DNA of 64,000 nt. It comes from Squalus acanthias. Its lineage: Eukaryota. Position 1 is the first letter of the stretch. Every line of letters starts with the position of its first letter. The DNA lies in contig CM059452.1 of NCBI GenBank assembly GCA_030390025.1, positions 7,750,001-7,814,000 on the forward strand, in the 5' to 3' direction. The notes beneath the pieces are model-generated. The model was not told where the DNA came from, ran no database searches, and saw only the letters and a program-made list of their open reading frames with translations. Position numbers and translations under genes: made by a program. Positions 11,545 through 22,610 of the stretch are shown one piece after another.

Positions 11545-13575
11545 ACCCCTCTCTATGATGGGAGATTGGGAGGGACAGTGGGTTCACAATTGCACTTCCC
11601 CCTCTCTCTGGTGAGCGAGTGGGAGGTGCAGTGGGATCACAATTCCCCTTTACCCTCTCTCTGGTGGAGGATTGGGAGGTACAGTGGGTTAAAAATTGAC
11701 CTTCCCCCTCTCTCTGGTTAGGGAGCGGGAGGTACAGCGGGTTAACAATGGCCCTTTCCTCTCTCTCTGGTGGGGGAGTGCGGGTACACTGGGTTAATAA
11801 TTGCCCTTTCCCCTCTCTCTGGTGGGGGAGTGGGAGGTACAGCGGGTTAACAATTGCCCTTTCCCCTCACTCTGGTGGCAGAGTGGGGGTAGAGTGGATT
11901 ACCAATTGCCCTTTCCCCTCTCTCTGTTGCGGGAGTGAGAGGTACAGTGGGTTAACAATTACCCTTTCCCCTCTCTCTGCTGGGGGAGTGGGAGTACAGT
12001 GGGTTAACAATTACCCTTTCGCCTCTCTCTGGTAAGGGAGTGAGAGGTACAGTGGGTTAACAATTACCCTTTCCCCTCTCCCTGGTGGGGGAGTGGGGGT
12101 ACATTCGGTTAACAATTGCCCTTACCTGTCTCTCTTGTGCGGGAGTGGGAGGTACAGTGGGTTCACAATTGCCCTTTCCGTCTCTCGGGTGTGGGAGTGG
12201 GGGTACAGTTGGTTAACAATTGCCCTTTCCCCTCTCTCTGGTGGGGGTGTGTGAGGTACAGTGGGTTAACAATTGCCCTTTCCCCTCTCTCTGGTGAGGC
12301 AGTGGGAGGTACAGTGGGTTAACAATTGCCCTTTCCCCTCTCTCTGGTGGGGGAGTGGGAGGTACAGCGGGTTAACAATTGCCCTTTCCCCTCACTCTGG
12401 TGGCAGAGTGGGGGTAGAGTGGATTACCAATTGCCCTTTCCCCTCTCTCTGTTGCGGGAGTGAGAGGTACAGTGGGTTAACAATTACCCTTTCCCCTCTC
12501 TCTGCTGGGGGAGTGGGAGTACAGTGGGTTAACAATTACCCTTTCGCCTCTCTCTGGTAAGGGAGTGAGAGGTACAGTGGGTTAACAATTACCCTTTCCC
12601 CTCTCCCTGGTGGGGGAGTGGGTGTACATTCGGTTAACAAATGCCCTTACCTGTCTCTCTTGTGCGGGAGTGGGAGGTACAGTGGGTTCACAATTGCCCT
12701 TTCCGTCTCTCGGGTGTGGGAGTGGGGGTACAGTTGGTTAACAATTGCCCTTTCCCCTCTCTCTGGTGGGGTGTGTGAGGTACAGTGGGTTAACAATTGC
12801 CCTTTCCCCTCTCTCTGGTGAGGCAGTGGGGGTACAGTGGGTTAACAATTGCCCTTTCCCCTCTCTCTGCTGGGGGAGTGGGAGGTACAATGGATTAACA
12901 ATTGCCCTTTCCCCTCTCTGTGGTGGGGAGTGGGGGGTACAGTGGGTTAACAATTGCCCTTTCCCCTCTCTCTGGTGGGGGAGTGTGAGGTACAGTGGGT
13001 TAACAATTGCCCTTTCCCCTCTCTCTGGTGGGGGAATGGGAGGTACAGTGGGCTGACAATTGCCCTTTCCCCTCTCTCTGTTGGGGGAGTGTGAGGCACA
13101 GTGGGATAACAATGGCCATTTCCACTCTCTCTGGTGGGGAATGGGTGTACAGTTGGTGAACAATTGCCCTTTCCCCTCTCTCTGCTGGGGGAGAGGGAGG
13201 TACAGTGGGTTAACAATTGTCCTTTCCACTCTCTCTGGTGGGGGTGTGTGAGGTACAGTTGGTGAACAATTGCCCTTTCCCCTCTCTCTGGTGGGGGAGT
13301 GGGCGGTACAGTGGGTTAGCAATAACCCTTTCCCCTCTCCCTGGTGGGGGAGTGGGAGGTACAGCGGTTTAACGATTGCCCTTTGCCCTCTCTCTGGTGG
13401 GGGAGTGGGGGTACAGTGGGTTAACAATTGCCCTTTCCCCTCTCTCTGGTGGGGGAGTGGGAGGTACAGTGGGTTAACAATTGCCCTTTCCTCTCTCTCG
13501 CTTGGGGGAGTGGGGGTACAGTGGGTTAACAATTGCCCTTTCCCCTCTCTCTGGTGGAGGAGTGGGGGTACAGTT
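11545..13575. repeat. 53-bp G/C-tract minisatellite (about 38 units) between the secretory tail and TM1
   Basis: Unit AACAATTGCCCTTTCCCCTCTCTCTGGTGGGGGAGTGGGAGGTACAGTGGGTT, with a higher-order 525-bp duplication. Confidence 0.95.
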
Positions 13576-13972
13576 CGTGTTCGTGTGCGGCCTCATTTCC
13601 GATCGCAGAGGAAGTGATGCTGTAAAATAAAATTGGCCCCAATTCTGAAGGGATGGACAACACGAGAAACAGGGACACCGAGATCTAAATGTACCGCGTT
13701 TGTTTGTCGGAAGTGGGAACTTTACAGATTCCCCCCAGCGGGAGGAAAGCTGCTGACGTGACTTTGAGGAATCCTTTCATGAAAGAACTTCAGTCTGTCT
13801 CTAACCCGTGTTGTATCTGAGCTGGGAGCGCTGGCTGTACAAGCCTTGGGCTCGAGACCGGCAAATATCCTGCTTCAGATAAACAGCCCTCCCCTTGGCA
13901 AAAATGGAAAACAAAATTAATTGAGCGGCTGTGTGTGTAACTGACGATTGGAAGAAAAGGCCTTTTTTTGTT

Positions 13973-13978
13973 TTTATT
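13973..13978 (-). terminator. Poly(A) signal for secreted IgM mRNA
   Basis: AATAAA about 30 bp after the secretory-tail stop codon. Confidence 0.75.
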
Positions 13979-14006
13979 TAAGAACTGAAATGCAATCGAG
14001 AAATTC

Positions 14007-14398
14007 TCATTGACAAGAATTGACGGTGTCCATCAGAACAAGGGAAATGTTCACAAAACTGGGTTTACCGCTGGATTTATTAGCGGTTCTGTTGATGATC
14101 TTCAAGGGGATCGCTTCATGTCCCACCACACAGGAGTAAGAAGCGCCGCTGGCCCACTCCTCCGCTGCAATGGATAACAGGCTGTACATGAAGAAGGAAC
14201 TGCTGCCGTTCTCCGCCATCACCTCGGTGTTCTTGTAGTTGCCGGAATTCACCGGCTTGTCATTGACGGTCCACTTGACGAAGATCTCTCGCGGGGAGAA
14301 ACCTTTCACTAAGCAGGTGAGGGTGACGAACCACTGAGCGGAGACTTCTTCTGCCGGGGGCAGGAGGACAGACACGGACGGTTCCCGCGGATCTTCAA
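14007..14398 (-). CDS. IGHM: IgM Cmu4 exon + secretory tail
   Basis: ttctgcag|(V)[53 protein letters not shown]|GTAAA internal donor. Tail [20 protein letters not shown] has the N-glycosylation sequon and penultimate Cys. Confidence 0.96.
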
Positions 14399-14915
14399 CT
14401 GCAGAACAATTACAATAAAGGTCAATAAACTGGAGAATTCCAGGGACAATGATACCGACTGTTAAATGTGAGAGAAATGTGCTTTGCGCTGAATTTTAAA
14501 GGATTCCCTTTTCACCTCTGTGTCCTGTCCGGTTTTCCAGCCCGGAGCAGTGGGAGATACAATCCTTCTCTCTGGGAGCTTGAAGAGTTGGACTGGAAAA
14601 TTATATAGAATTCACATCATAGAAACAGACCATTCGGCCAACTGGTCAATGCCGCTGTTTATGCTCCACTCGAGACTCCTCCCACCTTACTTCATCTAAC
14701 CCCAATAACATATCCTTCTATTCCTTTTTCCCTCATTGACTTATACAGCTTCCCTTTAAATGCAACATATCGGGTCCCAGAGGGTTTAGTTCGTGGAATT
14801 ATCCATTGAATTATCAGAGCAGTCCATTAAAACACTTAATATAACGAAACGGGCCGTGCACAAGCACTGGAAATAGTCACAGAGTCTCACTTACTGCTAC
14901 AATCTCACCGCTCAC

Positions 14916-15224
14916 CTTTTTCCTTGTGGATGGAATCTCTTATAGGAGTCGGCATATCCTGATGGCTCACCACGCAGTAGAATTCATCCCCTCTCAGCCA
15001 GGCTTGTGTCGAGATGTTTAAGTTGCTGATCACGCTGTTGGGAGCCTCTCCGCGTTGGACGGCAATCTCTGATTTCAAAGTCTTCTTTTCTCGGGTCCAG
15101 GACACGTTGACTCCATAAGGAGCATTAGACACGACGCAGGTTAAGGTCACCGTCGCCTCCAGTAAGATCTGTTCTAGTGACGGTTGCGGAAGAGTGATTT
15201 CTGGTTTGCTGCATGAGGAATCAA
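14916..15224 (-). CDS. IGHM: IgM Cmu3 exon
   Basis: ttcacag|(V)[65 protein letters not shown]|gtgag; 309 nt, phase 1. Confidence 0.95.
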
Positions 15225-15929
15225 CTGTGAACAGAAATGAAAGTCAAGCAAAGCTTCATCTTGAGAATCAGGACACCAGTATTCAGCCTTCACTCTCTCA
15301 GGGAGAATAAATCAACTTTGAGAGATTAACCTCTCGTTGTTGCTTAAACACCATCGTTATTGGAAAGACAAGGAATTGGCAACGATTACGGGAGACTCTT
15401 TAACATTTCCTGTGTATTTGCTCTCAGAGCCTCCTGTAATGGGCTGTGAAGCCAATATCCGGCGTAAAAAGTGAATAAATTCGGGCGCAATTTATTTGGC
15501 ACTAAATAGCGCTCTATCCGAAATCGCTTGCTCCTTTACGCCCGTCTATAGATCCTTGTTCCCGAACGCATTCCCACTCATTATAATTTTCCCGCCTCCA
15601 GCGTCAAGAGCTCTACACGAAAATTACACTGCTTCAAAACGAGTGTCAAATGAAATCCAGGATTTTAGGTGCAACTGGAAACATTGTTAATTTTCTGTTG
15701 TCTTGTTGCGATTTTTGGGGCGATGAAAATGTGCAGGAATCAGTTGCAGCCCCTGTCAGAGGAGAAGTGAAAGGTCGGGAGTTGGAATTCCAAGGGGTCT
15801 TTTGTGGTGGAGAATAATTTGTAATGCCGATGTGAAGTAATTTGTTCATTTCTGTCATTAGTGAGCATTTCTCATCTCTGGTGAGAGACAGTCAGAAGGA
15901 AATATGACCGCAGGGCAGTAATAACAACA

Positions 15930-16470
15930 TGGAAACAGGAGTAGGCCATTCAGCCCATCCAGCCTGTTCCGCCATTCAATGAGATCATGGTTGATCTGCA
16001 CCTCAACACCATCTACCTGCCTTGTTTCTGTAACCCTTGATACCCTTGCCTAACAAATATCTATCAATCTCAGTTTTGAAATTTTCCGTTGACCCCCAGC
16101 CTCAACAGCTTTTTCGGGGAGAGAGTTCCAGATTTCCACTGTCCTTTGTGTGAAGAAGTGCTTCCTGACATCACCGCTGAACGGCTCAGTTCTAATTTTA
16201 AGGTTATGCCCCTTGTTCTGGACTCCCGCACCAGAGGAAATAGTTTCTCTCTATCTCCCCTATCAATTCCATTTATCAACTTAAACACCTCAATTAGATC
16301 ACCTCTTAATCTTCTATAATCAAAGGAATACAAGCCTATTCTGTGCAACCTCTCCTCATAATTTAACCCTTTCAGCCCCGGTATGATTCAGGTAAATTTG
16401 CGTTGCATCCCCTCTAAAACCAATATATCCATCCTGATGTGTGGTGACCAGAATTGAACGCAGTTCTCTA
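15930..16470 (-). mobile_element. CR1 LINE 3' fragment
   Basis: LYSFDYRRLRGDLIEVFK..SRTRG C-terminal motif plus CR1-type 3' tail. Confidence 0.8.
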
Positions 16471-16679
16471 AATAGGGAAGATGCCCTTTCTAGCAGTGGG
16501 TCCCGAGACAGTTACCAGCAAAGAGTTCCAGACACCTACTGTCGCTCCGAATATGATCAGCCAACTCAGGATTAACCTGAGACCAAGGACACCTCACTCA
16601 CTGACTGGCATCAGAGCAGAGGGAAATCTTCTTTGGCGAGGTTGTGGAATCCTGAACCATGAGGAATCCTGATTCAGAG

Positions 16680-17100
16680 GATCGTGGGTTCAATTCTCAC
16701 TCCAAATACTTGAACACAAAATGTGAGCTGATACTTCCAGTGCAGTACTGAGGGAGCGCTGCACTGTCGGAGGTGCCATCTTTCGAAGGAGACGTTAAAC
16801 CGAGGCCCCGTCTGCCCTCTCAGTTGAACGAAAACGATCCCATGGAACTATTTCGAGGAAGAGCGGGGGAGTTCTCCCAGGTGTCCTGGCCAATACTTAT
16901 CCCTCAACAAACATCAGCAAATAATAAGATTATCTGGTCATTATCACGTTGCTGTTTGTGGGACCTTACTGTCTGCAAATTGGCCGCTGCGATTTCTAGA
17001 TTACAGCAGTGACCACATTTCAGGAAGTACTTCCTTGGCGGAAAAGCGCCTTGGGACACCCGGAGGTCGGGAAAGGCGCTATGTAAAGGCAGTTCTTTCT
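16680..17100 (+). mobile_element. tRNA-derived SINE
   Basis: B-box-like GGGTTCAATTC near the 5' end; 3' tail GAAAGGCGCTATGTAAAGGCAGTTCTTT, related to copies at about 4140-4250 and 19560-19770. Confidence 0.65.
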
Positions 17101-17249
17101 TCTATTTTATATTGGAAGAAAACGCAAACAGCATGATTGTAAATTAGAAATAGAGCTTTCTCGGGGGAAACCTGAGACTGAGGACACCTCACTCACTGTC
17201 TGACATCACAGCTGAGGGAAACCTTTGTCGAAGTGATTGTGTCTCTTAC

Positions 17250-17561
17250 CCTTAGATCTGGAGATGTTTCGGCTTTGGGTGACCCCTTGATGAGAGACCT
17301 GGCAGGTATAGACCGAGCCGGCGAACCACTGCCCGGCGGGAAATGTCAGCCGACTGGTCGCCGCGAAGTTCCCGTTCAATTCAAAGACGGGAGAGGTGAC
17401 GAAGCCCGAATCCATGGGCTGTCCATTCTTCAGCCAATTCACGGTCAGTGACATTGGACGGAAATCGATGATTGAACAGACGGTGTTTGCAGACCTGCTG
17501 CTGATGATTTCTTCACTGGAACTCAGGGTGAGGATCACAGTTGGATGATGTACCACACGAT
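17250..17561 (-). CDS. IGHM: IgM Cmu2 exon
   Basis: tcttacag|(D)[59 protein letters not shown]|gtaag; 312 nt. Confidence 0.95.
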
Positions 17562-17619
17562 CTGTAAGAAAATACATTTTATTGGGATTATGCTGCAATT
17601 AAGAACTGTAAAGCAGTTG

Positions 17620-18140
17620 TTTGCATAGAATCTACAACACAGAAACAGGTCAATCGGCCCATCAGGTCGGTGTTTATGCTCCACATGAGCCTCCTCTCTC
17701 CCTACTTCATCTCCCCATCAACATAACCTTCTATTCCTTTCTCCCTCCTGTACTTATCTAGATTCCCCTGAAACGCATCTATTCTATTCGCCTCAACTAC
17801 TCCATGTGGTAGCGAGTTCCACATTCTACCCACTCTCTGGGTAAAGAAGTTTCTCCTGAATTGCCTATTGGATTTATTAGCGATTATCTTATATTTATGG
17901 CCCCTAGTATCGGGCTCCTCCTCAAGCAGAAATATTGTCTCTACATCTAACGTTTCAAACCCCTTCATAATTTTAAAGACCTCTATTCGGTCCCCCCTCA
18001 GCCTTCTCTTTTCTAGATTAAAGATCCCAAACCCGTTCAATCATTCCTGACAGTTACAATTTTTCAGTTCTGGTAAATCTTGTAAATCTTCTTTTGAACT
18101 TCTCCATCATTCTGTATCATTCTTATAAAATGGAAACCAG
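17620..18140 (-). mobile_element. CR1 LINE 3' fragment
   Basis: LEKRRLRGDRIEVFKIMKG..TRGHKYK..FFTQRV..WNSLP. Confidence 0.85.
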
Positions 18141-18740
18141 AACTATGGACAGTACAGTAAGTGTGATTATGAAGACCAGACCTGTACACAGTACTCTAAT
18201 TGTGATATGGAGACCAGACCTATGCACAGTTCTCTAAGTGTGATATGGAGACCAGACCTGTGCACAGTACGCTAAGTGTGATATGGAGACCAGAGCTGTA
18301 CACAGCACTCTAAGTGTTATTATGGAGACCATCCTGTACACAGTACGCTAAGTGTGATATGGAGACCAGACCTGTACACAGCACTCTAAGTGTGATATGG
18401 AGACCAGACCTGTGCACAGTACTCTAAGTGTGATATGGAGACCAGACCTGTACACAGTGCTCTCAGTGTGATATGGAGACCAGACCTGTACACAGTGCTC
18501 TAAGTGTGATCTGGAGACCAGACCTGTACACAGCACTCTAAGTGTGATATGGAGACCAGACCTATACACAGTACTCTAAGTGTGATATGGAGACCAGACC
18601 TATACACAGTAATCTCAGTGTAATATGGAGACCAGACCTGTGCACAGTACTCTAAGTGTGATATAGAGACCAGACCTGTGCACAGTACTCTAAGTGTGAT
18701 ATGGAGACCAGACCTGTACACAGTACTCTAAGTCTGGTCT
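18140..18740. repeat. 38-bp minisatellite derived from CR1 RT coding sequence
   Basis: Unit GTGTGATATGGAGACCAGACCTGTACACAGTACTCTAA; the minus strand translates as HLEYCVQVWSPY, the CR1 motif. Confidence 0.88.
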
Positions 18741-18815
18741 AACCAAAGTTGTATAGAAGTTGAACATAACTTCTCTGCTTTTCACAGTTTTCCCCCTGTA
18801 TCCCACAACACTAAC

Positions 18816-19115
18816 CTGGCATTTTGACGCTCCAGTCCGTCTCACTTCGTCGAACCTGGCAGTAGATGGCGCTGCTCCCCACCTCTGACTCGGTGATGGT
18901 TAACTGGCTGCTCAGGGTGTAGGTTCCCTTCTTGTTGAACACTGACGGGTAGGTCTTCAATCCAGTGGTGATCGGCTCTTTATCTTTACTCCAGGAAAGG
19001 CTGGTGATTTCCGGGAAGTAGTCCATCGCCAAACAGCCGTAGGTGACGGGGCCGCCGGTGTTGGGTTGTTCACAGGAGGAGAGCAGGACGTAGAGGGTGG
19101 GAGGAGACTGTGTCG
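18816..19115 (-). CDS. IGHM: IgM Cmu1 exon
   Basis: ttcccag|(A)[68 protein letters not shown]|gttag; 300 nt; shark Cmu1 signature. Confidence 0.95.
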
Positions 19116-20899
19116 CTGGGAAAGAATGGCCAATTGAACAAGTTAGACTCTGTAATCCGTGCTTATAACATAACCAAACAACTCGAAATGTGACTACAGG
19201 ATGAACAATTCCATCATTTGCCGATCAAAACCTAGATCAGTATTTGAGTTTCTGTGACTTGTGAGACCCGACGTGAAATGCCTTCATGTGACTCCAGTCT
19301 TGTACATAAGAAAAGTCAGGAGTCTGAAAGGGGCATTCTGTCCATGAGGCCCCTTTATACCGAGTGAATGCTGGAATATTGTATCGTGGACTTCCTCCAG
19401 CTCTTGATCCCCTGTTATGGAACACTCCCCTCATTCCCCAACCACTTTCACATTAGATTCTTTCACATTCTGTCCACTGAGCTCCTCCCTACATCCTTTT
19501 GCTGTCAGCCTCTTATTATCAGCACAGAATCAGGCCATTTCCATGATATCAAAGTGTCGTCATCTCTCCATTGTAAGATGCTGCCTTAAAACCTACCTCT
19601 TTGACCAAGCTTTTGGTCAACTGTCAGAGTAACTGCCAACCATACTAAAGAATAAAATGATATATCCTTATGTGGCTCGGTGTCAGATTGTATCTGCTTC
19701 CGCTCCTGTGAATCGTCTTGGGACGTTTTACTACGTTAAAGGCGCTATATAAATGCAAGTTGTTGTTTTCAGGGGATAGACTTGTTTGAATAGCGGTGGG
19801 ATTAGTTCTCCTAATCACACAACTCCTACAGCTAGATCTACTAGTTGTATTACCTTTAAAACAAATCCCAGCATGTTTATAGAGCATGACCAGAATTATA
19901 AAATATTACAACTTTACAGCACAGAAGGAGGCGATTCGGCCTATCGCTCCTCTGAAAGATCTCTCCACCAATCCCTTGCACCTTCCAATTCCCAATCTTC
20001 TCAACTGTGCAATTTTATCGAGCTATTGTGGATTCTGCATGCAGCCCTCTTTCTGATAGGACATCCCATGTTTAACAGCCCCCTGTGTAGAAAAGTAGAA
20101 TAATACCCTCTCCCTTCATTCTGTTGCTGCTGATTTTCAATCAGTGCCAGTTACTCACCAACTCACCGACTCGGGGAAATATGTTTCCCGAATCCCTTCA
20201 TAAAACCCTTTAAAATTCCAAACCCCTCTATCAGACCTCATCTAAATCTTCTTTGTTCCCATGACAATAAAGGACGTTTACAATAAATGGTTGAAGTCTC
20301 CTTTAAAATGTGAGCGGAATAATTTAGCGCACAGATTTGAATAGGGAACTTTTGCACAGCCTGGTTTCTAAGATTCAAGCTTTAGGTGAATCGGGATTGA
20401 TTCGAGTCTCTCTCTTTCCTTCTCAGAATTGGAGGGAGAGCGATGCAGTGTGACTTGTGCTCTATCCCATTCTACTGAATGGATATCTCCAAACTTTCCT
20501 CCTCTTAATCACTCAATTAAATAATCCGAATTAAATACAATTCCCAAAGCCGGTTATATGGAACGATGCTCTTTAAATGCTCCATTTCATTTTCCAAATT
20601 ACTTTCCAACCTCCCACCAGTGAGAACAGGCGCTGCTTTCTGGGCCGTTACAGTCACTTCTTGTTGCTGTTTCTACCGAACATAATCTAAACATCGGGAC
20701 AGGTTTCTTCTTTAAATATCTAATATTGGCAATCCTTAAACATTATAAATCGATTGGTTATCAGCGGGTTCTATGCAAGGAAGGACAAACAATAACTAAT
20801 GTGCTGACTGCTGATATGGGCAACTCTGGCTTCTGGTTTGTGCGGGGATGCAAGAGCAGGGGGACCTGGGGAGCTTATTCACAAATCTTTGAAGGTGGC

Positions 20900-21510
20900 A
20901 GGGCAAGTTGATCAGGGGGTTACGGACGTGTGTGGGATACTTGCCACTGCAATAGGGGCATTGAATAGAAAAACAAGGAAGTCCTGCTAAACCTTTACAA
21001 ATCACTGGTTAGGCATCAGATGTAGCAGTGTATTCAATTCTGACCATCACAATTTTGGAAGGATGACAAGGCCTTGGAGAGGGTACAGAGGAGGTTGACC
21101 AGGATGATACCGGGGATGAGAGACTTCAGTTATGCGGAGAGATTGGATACGCTGGGATTGTTCCTTGGTGCAGAGAAGGTTAAGGGGAGACCTAATAGAG
21201 CTGTTCAAAATTGAGGGAGGTTTTGTCAGAGCAAGTTGGGAGAAAAGGTTTCTTCTGGCGAGTTTGTCGGTAACCAAAGGTCACTGAATTAAAATAATTG
21301 GCAAAATATCTAGAGGGGAAATGAGGCTCATTTTTTCAAACGGAGTGTTGTTAATTTCTGGAATGCACAAGTCAGCTGGACATGTTCTTGAAGAGACTCA
21401 TTGGAGGGTTACGAGGAAACGTTGGGATTTGATTGGACAGCTCTTTCAGAGCCAGCACAGGCAAGACGGGCCGAATGGCCCCTTCTGTGCTCTGAGATTC
21501 TGTGATTCTA
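20900..21510 (+). mobile_element. Old CR1 LINE fragment
   Basis: Degenerate ALERVQRR..RMIPGMR..RLRGDLIE motifs plus 3' tail. Confidence 0.7.
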
Positions 21511-22239
21511 CACGACTCAGCGGAATTAGTTCTTCCCGATTTAATGGAAAGAAACGCTTCATAATGTTGAACACCTCTATCAGATCTATTTTATTGTTGG
21601 TTATAATGCAAGAGGATATTTAAAATAAAAGGAACTGAGGAATTTGACTCAAATGATCCAATTGGATACCGTCACAGAGTCTTAAAGCTTATTGTGAATG
21701 ACGACTCATCGCAGGCTGACTGTTTGTCATTAAATGTTTCACAGAGGTGCGGCTCAGTGACTGTGAGCCTTGTGCTGTGACCCAGTCCAACAGCTGCACC
21801 TCACCCGAGTTTGTCCCGGCCTGGTACCTTTTTAAAAAAACAAATTGAGCGAAATAATGTTTTCAAACATAAGGTTCCCATGATGGTTATTTGGAGCGGG
21901 AGTCTCGACATTCTCCATTTAAATTGTCAAAATAACTCCCAGCCTCCCATCAGATCAGAACAGGCGCTGCTTTCTGGAGCGTTACAGTCACTTCCTGAAA
22001 CTGTTTGTTCTGAAAGTGAGCTCAGGATCAGGCCAATCTCATTCAATCATTATCTGACACTCAAAATGTTTAAAGTTTACCAATTCATTAAAAATTGGGC
22101 AGTTTTATTTGCAATAATGTTAAACTCAATTAATGCGCGGTTGTTTCATCGGAGCAATGGAAAGTTTTATTTTTATATATCTGGCTCGAGAACTCACACT
22201 TTATTAGTTGGATGCACATTAAGCTTCCTTGAACAACAC

Positions 22240-22610
22240 GGGACATAGCACTCACAGATCTGTTACAGTACAGATACAGAGTAAAGCTCCCTCTGCACTG
22301 CCCTGCCATGCGCTGTATGATCAGGTATAGGAAGGGAATGAATCCGAGCAACGCCAAGTCTGCACAGTACTGTCAAACACTCCGGGTAAGGCACCGCACT
22401 GGTTAAATACAGAGTAAAGCTCCGTCTACATTCCACAATCAAACACTCCCAGGGCAGGTGCAACACGGGCTAGATACAGAGTAAATTCTCCCTCTACACT
22501 GAACCATCAAAGATTCACGGGGCATAACAGCACGGGTTAGATACAGAGTAAAGCTCCCTCTACACTGTCCCATCAAACACTCCCAGGGCAGGTACAGCAC
22601 GGGTTAGAAA
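22240..22610. repeat. About 65-bp satellite (GATACAGAGTAAAGCTCCCTCTACACTGTCCCATCAAACACTCCCAGGGCAGGTACAGCACGGGTTA)
   Basis: Several degenerate tandem units; a related inverted unit lies near 4095-4280. Confidence 0.75.

Noticed and set aside
11545-13575. Class-switch (S) region or CRISPR-like array
   Set aside because: It lies 3' of Cmu4 rather than in the J-C intron, is not AGCT-rich, has no unique spacers, and the context is eukaryotic.
16575-16640. Remnant of a duplicated Cmu2 exon
   Set aside because: Only about 60-70 bp of intron sequence (matching about 17170-17230) is duplicated; no exon sequence or splice donor is retained.
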